A DNA stretch of 64,000 nucleotides from Desulfatiglandales bacterium (GTDB lineage: Bacteria > Desulfobacterota > DSM-4660 > Desulfatiglandales > HGW-15): NCBI GenBank assembly GCA_963667015.2, contig CAXXJJ010000004.1, positions 3,936,001 through 4,000,000 on the forward strand, in the 5' to 3' direction. The first letter of the stretch is position 1, and each line of letters starts with the position of its first letter. The notes beneath the pieces were generated by a model. That model saw only the letters and a program-made list of their open reading frames with translations. It did not search any database and was not told where the DNA came from. Of the stretch, positions 38,516 through 49,174 are shown in pieces. The translations under genes and the position numbers were made by a program.

Positions 38516-39640
38516 ATGTCTACTGTTGTTGTCCAAAAACGTGTTGGAAAAAGAGGAACAAGTTATGCAGTCAATTACACTCATCCTATAACTGGGAAAA
38601 AGACCTATTATAAGACTCTGAAAAAATATAAGGACGCTCAAAATCAGGCTCATGAGTTAAGGTCCTTACTGGATTCAGGGAAAACCCCTGAAAATAATAA
38701 AATGAATCCTTTAAAATTTTCTGAGGTTTCGAGCTCTCTTCGAAAAGAGTGGAAAACAAAACTCATAGCAAAAGAGTTAAGTAAAAAATGTCATGATGAT
38801 TATAACTACTGGCTAAATACTCTTGATGTTGAGTTTGGAAGTTTTCTTTTGTGCGGAATTACTAAAGGGCAAATCATCGAATATAGAAATTTCCAGGTTT
38901 CAAAAAACAGCGTTGTTAGTGCTAACAAATATTTAAAGATTATAAAGGCTGTTTTTAAACACGGGCAGGAAATAAAAGCTGTTGTTGATGATCCTTCAAG
39001 CAAGATTTCTTTATTAAATGAAAAAGATCATGAGAGGAATAGATTTCTTTTTCCAGAGGAGCTTGATACATTAATTGAAGCATCTAAACAAATAAGGGCA
39101 AAATATTATCTTCCTGCAATCATTTATCTTGGTGCTGAGCATGGAGCTTCAAGGCAAGAAATATTGAGTCTGTGCTGGTCAGATATAAACTTTGATTTCA
39201 ATGATAAGGGAATTATTAGCTTTTACAGAACTAAAAACAAAAAGCAAAGAACAGAGTATTTAATGCCCAGGACGAAGCAAGCTCTACTTGAATGGAAAGA
39301 ACATCAGGCTTGGATGAGACACAGAAAGAAGATTGAACACAATGGAGAGGGCCTTGTATTTTGTCATCTTAATGGTCAACCTGTAAAACATTTCAGCAAA
39401 GCATTTAATGAGGCATGCAAAATTGCTGGAATTGAGAATTTTCACTTCCATGATTTAAGGCATTGTTTTGGTTCAAATCTATTACTGTCCGGTGCAACAC
39501 TTAAAGATGTAAAGGAAATGATTGGCCACTCAGATATTAAAATGACTGATAGATATTCACATCTTAGTATTGAGCATAAACTTTTCAGGCAAGAACAACT
39601 TGCCAAGCATTATTCAAATAACCCTTCTTTAAAATCCTGA
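38516..39640 (+). CDS. Phage-type tyrosine integrase of the island
   Basis: TKN, HFHDLRH, IGHS, RYSH; adjacent to the tRNA 3' end. Confidence 0.93.
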   Translation: MSTVVVQKRVGKRGTSYAVNYTHPITGKKTYYKTLKKYKDAQNQAHELRSLLDSGKTPENNKMNPLKFSEVSSSLRKEWKTKLIAKELSKKCHDDYNYWLNTLDVEFGSFLLCGITKGQIIEYRNFQVSKNSVVSANKYLKIIKAVFKHGQEIKAVVDDPSSKISLLNEKDHERNRFLFPEELDTLIEASKQIRAKYYLPAIIYLGAEHGASRQEILSLCWSDINFDFNDKGIISFYRTKNKKQRTEYLMPRTKQALLEWKEHQAWMRHRKKIEHNGEGLVFCHLNGQPVKHFSKAFNEACKIAGIENFHFHDLRHCFGSNLLLSGATLKDVKEMIGHSDIKMTDRYSHLSIEHKLFRQEQLAKHYSNNPSLKS

Positions 39641-39743
39641 TATCCTGCAAAAAGGTAGCTATTTGGTAGCTGGAAACAAAAATCGACAAAAAATGACAAA
39701 TTTGTAAATTTAGCGTTTTGTAAGTTGTTGATTTTACTGGTGA

Positions 39744-39822
<79 letters not shown>

Positions 39823-40323
39823 ATAAAAGATGTGTAAAGATGACTCGAAATCAGAAAAACGGTAATTTATATCTTTCTATCAAGAATTGCAAGCAATTCT
39901 TGATAGATGTAGATTGTTAGTTGTTTGTGGTGGGTTGTTAAAACTTTTTCGCATAGAACATAGCAGTAAGAACATAGGAAAAAGATATAGAGGACCGAGT
40001 TAAGTGGTCTGAAAAACCAGACAAACCTTGGGGTTAAAACACAAACAAAATTGCCTTTCCGTTTTAACAATGAACTACCCCGCTGCAAGCGACGAGGTAT
40101 CAGGCCCTGCGCTTTGCAATAAAAAAAGCTTTTGGTTTTCTCTGCGGCCTCTGGTAGCTCTGTGAGATATGCTTTTTTTTAGTTTTTTAGGCAACAATAT
40201 ATGTTTTTCACAACCAACAACATACAACCCACAACTTACACGCTCATAAGGGCGTTTTTTATTGACTTCAAGACCTTCCCGATTTAAAAGGTCCTTAAAA
40301 TACTGATAGTTAGAAGGAAAATC

Positions 40324-41094
40324 ATGGAAGACATACAAAATCACAAGGACCACAGGAATATAGATATTGACCAGGTCGGGGTTAAGGGAATCAGATACCC
40401 CATCACTGTTCTTGATAAAAATAACGGCAAGCAGCAGACCGTTGCAAAGATCAACATGTACGTGAATCTCCCTCGTCACTACAAGGGAACACACATGAGC
40501 CGTTTTGTTGAAGTACTTAACGAGCACAGCAAAAGGATTTCTCTTCAGAACTTTTCGGAAATTCTTGATGAGGTAAAATCACGGCTCAATGCCGAAAGCG
40601 CACACATGGAAATCACCTTCCCATACTTTATCAACAAGATGGCCCCTGTAACCGGAAGTGAAGGCCTGATGGAATATAAATGCACATTCAAGGGATCGCT
40701 GAACAAGACAATCGACATTATGACGATTATTCATGTTCCGATCTCAACCCTATGCCCCTGCTCAAAGGAAATTAGTGATTTCGGGGCACATAACCAGAGA
40801 GGTGAAGTGACACTCAAGGTAAGATTTAAAAAATTTATCTGGATAGAAGACCTTATAAGGCTGGTTGAGGATGCTGCATCAAGTGAGGTCTTTTCTGTAC
40901 TCAAGCGCGAGGACGAAAAATATGTAACGGAAAAGGCATATGAAAACCCCATGTTTGTTGAAGATATTGTGAGGGATATTGCCCTGAAATTGAATGACGA
41001 TTCCAATATTACATGGTTTGCGGTTGAATCGGAGAACTTTGAGTCTATTCATAATCATAATGCCTATGCCTATATAGAAAAGCATAAAAAATAA
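40324..41094 (+). CDS. folE2: GTP cyclohydrolase IB
   Basis: KGTHMSRF, TLCPCSKEIS..GAHNQR, ESIHNHNA. Confidence 0.96.
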   Translation: MEDIQNHKDHRNIDIDQVGVKGIRYPITVLDKNNGKQQTVAKINMYVNLPRHYKGTHMSRFVEVLNEHSKRISLQNFSEILDEVKSRLNAESAHMEITFPYFINKMAPVTGSEGLMEYKCTFKGSLNKTIDIMTIIHVPISTLCPCSKEISDFGAHNQRGEVTLKVRFKKFIWIEDLIRLVEDAASSEVFSVLKREDEKYVTEKAYENPMFVEDIVRDIALKLNDDSNITWFAVESENFESIHNHNAYAYIEKHKK

Positions 41095-41386
41095 AAACCC
41101 GTCTCTCACAGAGCCCGCAGAGATCGCAAAGAAAAACAAAATCATTTTTTTACTTTGAAGCAAAAACAAAAAATGAATAAGAAGCTTTACTCTGTCTGCC
41201 CTGCCATAGTCTTGTGCAGTCGGTTGACCTCTGCATGGCAGAGTGAACAAAAGAAACGGGTGAGAAAAAAATACATGTCTCTCACAGAGCTCGCTGATAG
41301 TGCAGAGAAAAGTAAAAGCCTATATTATAAAAAATAGATATTCTCTGCGGGCTCTAGTGACCGAAGGGAACGGGCGTGAAAAGAAG

Positions 41387-41762
41387 ATGGATATCAACGA
41401 GCTGTCCAAAGATAATAAAAGCTGCAATAAATGTTCATAGGGAATTAGGGCCTGGATTACTGGAATCCGTTTATCATTCCTGCATGATTATTGAACTGAA
41501 AAATCATGGCTTAGAATTAAAATCTGAATTATCACTACCTGTAAAATTTAGGAATCAAGTTATTTCTAAAGACGGTTTTAGAATTGATCTGTTAGAGGAA
41601 GATAAAATTATTATTGAACTCAAATCAGTTGAAAAATTATCCTCTCTACACAAAAAGCAACTTTTAACATATTTACGCCTTGCTGATAAACCACTTGGTC
41701 TCTTAATAAATTTCAACGAAACCATCCTAAAAAATGGTATAAAAAGGATAATAAATACTTGA
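41387..41762 (+). pseudogene. GxxExxY protein, apparent frameshift after codon 7-8
   Basis: LGPGLLESVY, RIDL, IIIELKSV, LLINF. The natural-looking start MDINELS (41387) is out of frame with the gene body. Confidence 0.7.
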
Positions 41763-41920
41763 TAAAAAACTTTAAAAGCATGTCTCTCTCAGAGACCACG
41801 GAGAAAAACTAAAACATTTATTTTGATTGAAAACCAAAACAAAAATGCTTTTCTCTGCGTTCTCTGTGAGCTCTAGTGACCGGAGGGAACGGACGAGAGA
41901 AAATAAAAGGAGATTCTATT

Positions 41921-43216
41921 ATGGCTGATGATTTAAAAAAAATGTACAAAACAGTAATGGATGACAGTTTTCCCAATGAAATAACCATTTCATTTGACGG
42001 CCAGACTCTTGTTTATAAAAAACGTACCTGGAAAATTCCAGATGAGAAGAGCGGTGAACTGATTGAAAAGGGTCTTCGCTATGGTGAAAACCCCGGCCAG
42101 GAGGCAGCCCTCTACGAGCTTGTAAATGGAAATCTTGTGCTTGGGGACTGCAAATTTATAGAACCCGGAAAGGGCCTTGTTTCCTCTATCACGGAAGAAG
42201 ATATGATCCAGGCAGGAAAACATCCGGGCAAGACCAACTTTACAGATATAGATAACGCAATCAATATAATAAAATACCTGTCTGAAGGGCCTGCCGCAGT
42301 TATTGTCAAACACAATAATCCATGCGGTGTAGCCTACGGCACTACCCTTGCCGAGGCCTTCAGCAAGGCAAACATGGCTGACCGTGTTGCCGCATTCGGC
42401 GGTTGTGCTGTTTTTAACCGTTCCATTGACAAGGATACTGCATACCTCATCTCAAACATATATGTAGAGGTGGTTGCGGCTCCGGACTTTGAAGAGGGAG
42501 CGATCCCTATACTGGCAAAGCGGAAAAACCTTCGCATTGTAAAGATCAACAGGATTGATAATCTGGATTACTACAGGGAATCTAGGTTTGTTGATTTTAA
42601 GAGCCTTATTGACGGGGGCCTTATTGTTCAGCAGTCTCCGGTAAATAAGATTAAGACCGCGGCCGATTTTACAATTGCCACGGCCGAATACCAGAGAAGG
42701 GTTTATACAATCGATAAAAAACCCAACAAAGAAGAATATGCCGACATGCTCTTCGGATGGCAGGTTGAACAGGGGATTACCTCCAACTCCGTTATATATG
42801 TAAAGGACGGGGTAACAGTTGGTATAGGCACCGGGGAACAGGATCGTGTTGGTGTTGCAGAGATCGCAGTTACAAAGGCCTATACAAAGTATGCCGATGC
42901 ACTCTGTTTCAAACGTCACGGAATCCCGTTAAAGGAAATGGAACTCAAGATAAGACGTGGAGAGGCTGATCAGTCTATTTCTATTGATATAGATGCTGAA
43001 ACCATGGAGGCATTAGGAGGACTTATAGGATCGACCATGGTGTCAGATGCATTCTTTCCATTCAGGGACGGTGTTGATGTAGGCATTGATCAAGGCATAA
43101 GGGCTGTTGTCCAGCCGGGTGGTTCAATGAGGGATTATGAGGTAATCCAGGCATGCAATGAGGCAAACCCCCAGGTTACCATGGTGTTTACCGGGCAGAG
43201 GGCGTTTAAGCACTGA
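41921..43216 (+). CDS. purH: PurH-like AICAR transformylase domain protein (no N-terminal MGS-like domain)
   Basis: LRYGENPGQ, KHNNPCG, SNS, SDAFFPF.DG, QPGGS.RD, RAFKH. Confidence 0.85.
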   Translation: MADDLKKMYKTVMDDSFPNEITISFDGQTLVYKKRTWKIPDEKSGELIEKGLRYGENPGQEAALYELVNGNLVLGDCKFIEPGKGLVSSITEEDMIQAGKHPGKTNFTDIDNAINIIKYLSEGPAAVIVKHNNPCGVAYGTTLAEAFSKANMADRVAAFGGCAVFNRSIDKDTAYLISNIYVEVVAAPDFEEGAIPILAKRKNLRIVKINRIDNLDYYRESRFVDFKSLIDGGLIVQQSPVNKIKTAADFTIATAEYQRRVYTIDKKPNKEEYADMLFGWQVEQGITSNSVIYVKDGVTVGIGTGEQDRVGVAEIAVTKAYTKYADALCFKRHGIPLKEMELKIRRGEADQSISIDIDAETMEALGGLIGSTMVSDAFFPFRDGVDVGIDQGIRAVVQPGGSMRDYEVIQACNEANPQVTMVFTGQRAFKH

Positions 43217-43337
43217 TAAAAACCAGAAAAGAAAAACATTTCTCTCACAGAGCTCGCAGAGACCTCAGAGAAAGACAAAAGATATTTTAACTTGAAATCA
43301 AAAACTAAAAAGCTTTTCTCTGCGTTCTCTGTGATCT

Positions 43338-43865
43338 CTAGCGACCAGCGGGAGCGGGCGAGAGATTGAAATACTGAAGTATAAAATCGGCAAGCTTCTC
43401 AGGGTTATCAAGGTCAAAGACAGGGACAGGCAAATCCAGTTCTGTGTCTGATGCAACGGCTATCAGGTTGGGGTCTTCAAGGAATCGAGGCTTTTCATGG
43501 ACTGCTGACCTGAATATCTCTATCTTTGGCCGCTTCTCCATTTTATATCCCTCAACGACCACGATATCCATATCGGACATTAGAGATATCAGCTCATCCA
43601 GGATTGGTTCATGGTCAATTGTCATCACCATGCCTACACTATCAGGTGAAGCTATAACTGTTTTATCTGCTCCCGCCTTTCTGTGTCTCCAGCTGTCTTT
43701 ACCCGGCTTATCCAGCTCCAGATCGCCATGATGATGTTTTACAGTACCTACCTTAAAATTTTTTTGCTTTAATGCAGGCAAAAGCTTTTCAACAAGAGTG
43801 GTTTTTCCAGATCCTGACCATCCTGCTATTAATACAACCGGTGTTCCTTCCCCCTTAAGCGGCAT
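43338..43865 (-). CDS. mobB: Molybdopterin-guanine dinucleotide biosynthesis protein B
   Basis: GWSGSGKTT, KH.H, DKPGKDSWRH, VEGYK. Confidence 0.95.
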   Translation of the reverse strand: MPLKGEGTPVVLIAGWSGSGKTTLVEKLLPALKQKNFKVGTVKHHHGDLELDKPGKDSWRHRKAGADKTVIASPDSVGMVMTIDHEPILDELISLMSDMDIVVVEGYKMEKRPKIEIFRSAVHEKPRFLEDPNLIAVASDTELDLPVPVFDLDNPEKLADFILQYFNLSPAPAGR

Positions 43866-43908
43866 AGTGACACTTCTCTCAAAAGATTAAAATTCTGGTT
43901 AAGAAAAA

Positions 43909-44247
43909 TTATTTGTCTTTTTCAAAAATATCATTGAAGATCTTATCATCGGCATCAAGGCACTGCTTTTTCAATTGATTATATTTTTTTAAAAGTTCCT
44001 TTCCTTCTTCCGTAAGTTTGGAACCCAGCTTCCTGTCTGTGTCAACTATACGGGAATTCAAATATCCTTCTGTAGTTTTGATCTTGCTCCAGACTCCTTT
44101 GTAGGACATCTTCATTACCTTTGCCGTCTGGTTGAGCGATCCTGTCCTTTCAATGGTCTCAAGAATTTCCTTTCTCCCTTCTCCAATAATGATGTTATTG
44201 TTTTCATCAACAACCCACTGTTTTGAAAGTAATTTAAATGATCCCAT
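43909..44247 (-). CDS. ModE-like winged HTH regulator
   Basis: GEGR..LE.IE.TGSL..AK..MSY. Confidence 0.88.
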   Translation of the reverse strand: MGSFKLLSKQWVVDENNNIIIGEGRKEILETIERTGSLNQTAKVMKMSYKGVWSKIKTTEGYLNSRIVDTDRKLGSKLTEEGKELLKKYNQLKKQCLDADDKIFNDIFEKDK

Positions 44248-44303
44248 TTTTTCTCCTTTGTTTTGGAAATTCATAAAATTCCCCGTTGCATGCACCTGTT
44301 TAT

Positions 44304-46235
44304 TTATCCTAATTCAATCCACAACTCACCACTTTTACCCGGATCATATCCTCCAAGTGAATTCACCCTTTCCCTGAAGTCTCCGGATCTGATAGTCGCA
44401 ATAAGTTCCTGAATGTTTTGGTTTTCAAGATATGATGACGGGATGATCAGGTCATACTGTTCCCTGACCATTGATATAAAATCAAGATCAAGAGCCTTTG
44501 CTGCAGCATATATTCCCATGCCGCAGTCTGCTGCACCGCTTAATACATCTACTGCAACAGCCATATGTGTGTATTCCTCATGGTCATAACCATTTATCTG
44601 TGAAGAATCATAACCCGATTGTTTAAGCTTATAATCAAAGAGAATGCGAGTACCGGATCCTGCCTGCCTGTTCACAAATGTAACATCATCCCTGATTAAA
44701 TCCTCTATGCCATTTATACCCTTTGGATTACCCTTTTGTAAGATCAGGCCCTGATCTCTGAGCACAAGGTGAAACACACTTACTCTGGTGCCATTAAGGT
44801 ATTTTTTGATATATGAAAGGTTGTATTCCCCGGTTTCGGTATCAAGAAGATGCGCTCCGCCAAGGTGGCACACCCCTTTTTTAATAGCTATAAGGCCCCC
44901 GAGACTTCCCACATTTCCCGATGAAATCCTTATATCCTTTCCCCTCCTCCTTATTTCATCGGCAATAACATCAAGGGTGATATCATGGCTCCCTATGATT
45001 ACCAGTGTATTTTTTAATTCCTCTGCATCAACAATAAGCTCTGCGGTTACCTCCTCATCCTGGGATATCCCTTCGGAGAGCACCGGAATACGTACAATGC
45101 CCTCTGCCCTTGTTAAGGTTGTAACTGATCCGGCAGCCCTTGGAAGCGGAGTGGCAATTGCCTTCCCATTGACATTTCCGATATTGACCCTTAAAAACTC
45201 CTCTGTCCCAAGCTTTGACGGTATATTCCTGGAGGGTTGAACAGTTATGGTCTGCTTCTCCTTTAATCTCAGATCCTGAAGACTGAAGAGTAACGGCTTA
45301 ACAAACTGTTCAAAGGAGAGTACCGCAGAAACCGTATAGCCAGGGTTGCCAATAACCGGTTTGTCATTTATTTCGCCCAGTATTGTGGGTTTTCCCGGCA
45401 TCATGGCAACACCATGAACATGAACCTTCCCCAGCTCGGCAATTATACCGGCCGTATAATCCTTGCTGCCGGCAGAAGACCCGGCGTTTATGATAACGAC
45501 ATCCGTATCTGACTCTACCGCCTTTAGCAGTTCATTTCGAATCGATTCTTCATTATCCGGGATAATTTCCCTGATTGTTGGAACACCGTGGCTTTCTAGT
45601 ACAAGCCCGGAAAGGGTCACGGAATTTGATTCTATTATCTGACCTTCTCTTATGGATTCCGTTCCTGATATATCCCTGTGGCTTATCAGCTCTGTTCCGG
45701 TAGGGATTATAGTAACTGCAGGCCTTCTTCTTACAGATATCCTAGTTATCCCTGCAGTAATAAGGGCGCCCATATCATAGGATCTTATGGCATGGTTCTG
45801 TGGAATAAGCAGCTGGGTTGCGACAATATCTTCACCAACCTTACGAATGTTCTGCCAGGGATATGCTGTAGAAATTATCTCGAGGTTCTCATCATCTATC
45901 TGGTGGAGCTTTTCCACCATTATTACTGCATTGAATTCTCCGGGAAGTACCTGGCCCGTATTAATCCATATTGCATCTCTCCCGATACAAAGGATTTTCG
46001 GCTCTTTTTCGGTAGTGCCATATGTATCTTCAGCCCTTACTGCAATACCGTCCATTGCCGCAGCATGATATGACGGGGCAGATAACCTTGCAAAGACTGG
46101 TTCTGCTGTCACACGGCCAAGGGCATACTCAACATCTATTATTTCAGGCAGGGTTTTTCTGTTTTCCCACCTCTTATTAAAAATATCCTTTGCTTCCTGG
46201 AGTGATTTGAGATCCAGGTAAACATTTCTTTTCAT
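44304..46235 (-). CDS. moeA: MoeA fused to a C-terminal PBP (substrate-binding) domain
   Basis: AAMDG, IPTG.E, PGKP; C-terminal GSHD, GSLGG, NRQ.GSGTR. Confidence 0.92.
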   Translation of the reverse strand: MKRNVYLDLKSLQEAKDIFNKRWENRKTLPEIIDVEYALGRVTAEPVFARLSAPSYHAAAMDGIAVRAEDTYGTTEKEPKILCIGRDAIWINTGQVLPGEFNAVIMVEKLHQIDDENLEIISTAYPWQNIRKVGEDIVATQLLIPQNHAIRSYDMGALITAGITRISVRRRPAVTIIPTGTELISHRDISGTESIREGQIIESNSVTLSGLVLESHGVPTIREIIPDNEESIRNELLKAVESDTDVVIINAGSSAGSKDYTAGIIAELGKVHVHGVAMMPGKPTILGEINDKPVIGNPGYTVSAVLSFEQFVKPLLFSLQDLRLKEKQTITVQPSRNIPSKLGTEEFLRVNIGNVNGKAIATPLPRAAGSVTTLTRAEGIVRIPVLSEGISQDEEVTAELIVDAEELKNTLVIIGSHDITLDVIADEIRRRGKDIRISSGNVGSLGGLIAIKKGVCHLGGAHLLDTETGEYNLSYIKKYLNGTRVSVFHLVLRDQGLILQKGNPKGINGIEDLIRDDVTFVNRQAGSGTRILFDYKLKQSGYDSSQINGYDHEEYTHMAVAVDVLSGAADCGMGIYAAAKALDLDFISMVREQYDLIIPSSYLENQNIQELIATIRSGDFRERVNSLGGYDPGKSGELWIELG

Positions 46236-46292
46236 CTACAACTCCGTAAGGTTCGGCTTCTTTATCATATAAAATGTTGAGACTATCATCTA

Positions 46293-47525
46293 TCAACGGT
46301 TAAAGAGCAGGACATCAACAGCCTGCCCCCTGTAAACGCCCTCTGAGTTTCTGTCTATTCTGACAAGACCATGGGCATCAACCAGGGTTGAAATCAACCC
46401 CGATTTACCAAAAATCGGAACAGCCGTAAGATTGCCATTATCCTTTTCCAGCCTGACCCGAATAAAATCGTCTCTTCCACTTTTAGATTCAACATTTCGG
46501 CTCATCTCAGCCTTTATAATTCCGTTAAATTCATGGTCGTCTGAGTTACAGCCAAGAAGCCGCAAAAGAAATTTCTTTAAAAAAACCTCCGCAATAACCA
46601 TTGCCGATGCTGCATGACCCGGCAAGCCAAATACCGCACGGTCACCGATCCTGGCTATGATGGTGGGTTTTCCGGGGCTTATGGATATACCATGAACAAG
46701 AAGTTCCATATCATCAAATGACTCAAGCACCTTAAGGGTCATATCCCTTGTTCCAACAGAACTCCCTCCTGAAACCCATACGGTATCTGCAAAGGCAAGG
46801 CTTTTTTCCATGAGCTCCCTGAGATCCGAAAAATCATCCCGGCACAACCCCATAATCGTGGGCTCAACACCCATCTGTCTGCAGAATGCGCTTAATGTAT
46901 AGCTGTTAACATCCCTTACCTGGCCAGGTTCAGGATCTTTATTTATAGGAACAATTTCATCACCGGTTGAAATAATGGCTACCTTTGGCCTTCTGAAAAC
47001 CGAGGCGCGGGAAATCCCGAGGCCGGCAAGAAGACCTATATCCTGTGGCCGGATTCTTGATCCGGATTCAAAAACAACTGCTTTTTCCTTGAAATCATCC
47101 CCCGGAGAAATAACATTTTCAAGAGGGGATATGGCTCGACTGACCTCAATCGTATTTTCATCAATATTGTGACAGTACTCCAGCATGACAACGCTGTCTG
47201 TTCCCCTGGGAAGCATGCCGCCGGTTGAGATTTTTATGGCCTTTCCCCTGGAAGCTGTTATATCGGGATTCTGCCCCATGAGGACTTCTCCAGAGAGTTC
47301 CAGGAAGGCCGGCATGCTCTCTGTTGCCCCGAATGTGTCCCTGGCCATAACGGCATAACCATCCATAGAAGATCGGGAAAAACCCGGAAGATTTTCAGGG
47401 GATATGATATCTTTACTCAGGGCAAGACCAAGAGCATTTTCAATAGAAACAGTTTCTTCACCCGCAGGGCTAAAAGCATTGATCAGGTCAAGAACTTCTT
47501 CTGTTGTTTTTACCTTAAAAAACAA
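46293..47525 (-). CDS. moeA: Molybdopterin molybdotransferase
   Basis: SSMDGYA, STGDE, SGGSSVG.RD, PGKP, LPG. Confidence 0.95.
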   Translation of the reverse strand: MFFKVKTTEEVLDLINAFSPAGEETVSIENALGLALSKDIISPENLPGFSRSSMDGYAVMARDTFGATESMPAFLELSGEVLMGQNPDITASRGKAIKISTGGMLPRGTDSVVMLEYCHNIDENTIEVSRAISPLENVISPGDDFKEKAVVFESGSRIRPQDIGLLAGLGISRASVFRRPKVAIISTGDEIVPINKDPEPGQVRDVNSYTLSAFCRQMGVEPTIMGLCRDDFSDLRELMEKSLAFADTVWVSGGSSVGTRDMTLKVLESFDDMELLVHGISISPGKPTIIARIGDRAVFGLPGHAASAMVIAEVFLKKFLLRLLGCNSDDHEFNGIIKAEMSRNVESKSGRDDFIRVRLEKDNGNLTAVPIFGKSGLISTLVDAHGLVRIDRNSEGVYRGQAVDVLLFNR

Positions 47526-47667
47526 GTTATGTCAGCCTCCACTACTGCTGATTATTCGGAGAAAGTCCCCATTTTCAATCAGTTATTATTCAAATATATC
47601 GATATGGACATAACATATAGGTAAGGGTTTAACAATGTTTTTCTTATGTTCTTTTTAACATGTCCAA

Positions 47668-47715
47668 AATTAAAACACCCTGTAAAACATTTAAGTTTTA
47701 CAGGGTGTTTTAATT
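47668..47715. terminator. 21-bp perfect inverted repeat, terminator after pgk
   Basis: AATTAAAACACCCTGTAAAAC / GTTTTACAGGGTGTTTTAATT. Confidence 0.8.
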
Positions 47716-47724
47716 AAAATCAGA

Positions 47725-48903
47725 TTACTTATCTGCCAATGCAGCAATTCCAGGCAGGATCTTCCCCTCAAGATATTCCAGGGAAGCCCCTCCCCCTGTA
47801 GAGACATGGGACAGTTGTTTTTCCACCCCGAATTTTTTCGCGGCCGCAGCGCTGTCGCCACCGCCAACAACAGAGATTGCGGAAGATTCAGCTATACCCA
47901 GGGCAAGCGCTTTTGTTCCTTCAGCAAACTCATCCTTTTCAAACACACCCATTGGCCCGTTCCACACGATGGTCCCTGCATTCTTTATTTTTGATAAAAA
48001 CAGCTCAACGCTTTTTGGACCAATATCTATCCCCATATAACCTTCTTTTATATTTTCATCTGCAGTAGTTATGATACTCGTTGGAGAATCAAAATTGTCA
48101 CAGGCAATATGGTCTACGGGCAGAATCAGCTCAACCTTGCCGGCCTTTTCAATAATTGTTTTTGCAACATCCGACACCTCTTCTTCATACCTTGACGAAC
48201 CTATCTCCACACCCTTTACTTTAAGAAAGGTATATGCCATTGCTCCGCCGATGATTATGGTATCAACCTTTGTCAGCATGTTCTCGATCAGCGGGATCTT
48301 GTCAGAGACCTTTGCGCCGCCCAGTATCAGAACAAAGGGTTTTTCAGGAGAACTGTTTATTTTTTCAAAATATTCGATCTCCTTTTCAACAAGAAATCCT
48401 GAAACAGATTCAAGGTAATGTGTAATACCTTCTGTGGAGGCATGGGCCCTGTGGCAGGCGCCGAATGCATCATTTACATATATATCCCCCAGCCTGGAAA
48501 GTTCCTTTGCAAATTCCGGATCATTTTTTGTTTCTTCAATATGGAAACGCAGGTTCTCGAGCAGTACAATGTCTCCTGAGGTCATACTGTTTATAGTTTC
48601 AATAACCTCGGGGCCAATACAGTCATCTGTCTTCTTTACCGGTCTCTTAAGAAGCTCTTCAAGTCTTTTGGCAACGGGGGTTAATCTCATTTTTTCCTTT
48701 ACTTCCCCCTTTGGTCTTCCCATATGACTCATCAGTATGACATTCGCACCTCTTCCCAGGGCATACTCAATGGTTGGAAGTGCCGCCCTTATCCGGTTAT
48801 CATCTGTAATATTAAGACCTTCATCAAGTGGAACATTAAAATCAACCCTTATCAACAACTTCTTATCTTTAATATCAATATCTTTAATGCATTTTTTATT
48901 CAT
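47725..48903 (-). CDS. pgk: Phosphoglycerate kinase
   Basis: RVDFNVP, LENLRF, WNGPMG, STGGGASLE. Confidence 0.98.
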   Translation of the reverse strand: MNKKCIKDIDIKDKKLLIRVDFNVPLDEGLNITDDNRIRAALPTIEYALGRGANVILMSHMGRPKGEVKEKMRLTPVAKRLEELLKRPVKKTDDCIGPEVIETINSMTSGDIVLLENLRFHIEETKNDPEFAKELSRLGDIYVNDAFGACHRAHASTEGITHYLESVSGFLVEKEIEYFEKINSSPEKPFVLILGGAKVSDKIPLIENMLTKVDTIIIGGAMAYTFLKVKGVEIGSSRYEEEVSDVAKTIIEKAGKVELILPVDHIACDNFDSPTSIITTADENIKEGYMGIDIGPKSVELFLSKIKNAGTIVWNGPMGVFEKDEFAEGTKALALGIAESSAISVVGGGDSAAAAKKFGVEKQLSHVSTGGGASLEYLEGKILPGIAALADK

Positions 48904-48982
48904 TTTATCACCTTTCAATTAATTAATATTAATAATACAAATCTATGCATATTAATACTAATGTGACAATAATAAATATTAT

Positions 48983-49171
48983 TTATATTGGTTCCAGTAT
49001 TATTCTATGATCAACAAGACTTAGATTTTTTACCCTTGCTGAAACCTCAATCTCTTCGCCAAAGATGTTTACCAGTTTTATTTGATCACCACTGGTTTCA
49101 AACAGGTCAACATCTTCCATTAATAATTCCTTTTTTCCTTCCTTTTCAAGATAAGCTGAAGACTGACACAT
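48983..49171 (-). CDS. CooT family nickel-binding protein
   Basis: MCQSSAY...IFGE...LVDHRI. Confidence 0.85.
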   Translation of the reverse strand: MCQSSAYLEKEGKKELLMEDVDLFETSGDQIKLVNIFGEEIEVSARVKNLSLVDHRIILEPI

Positions 49172-49174
49172 GGC

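Larger units (their letters stand above)
40137..43365. repeat. Dispersed family of CACAGAG/CTCTGTG REP-like intergenic repeats
   Basis: Copies near 40137, 41102, 41277, 41341, 41783, 41850, 43241 and 43316; three end in CTCTAGYGACC..MGGGARCGGRCG. Confidence 0.8.

Noticed and set aside
40071..40101. IS200/IS605-like terminal hairpin (AACTACCCCGCTGCAAGCGACGAGGTAT)
   Set aside because: Single short imperfect hairpin with no tnpA/tnpB nearby; not supportable.
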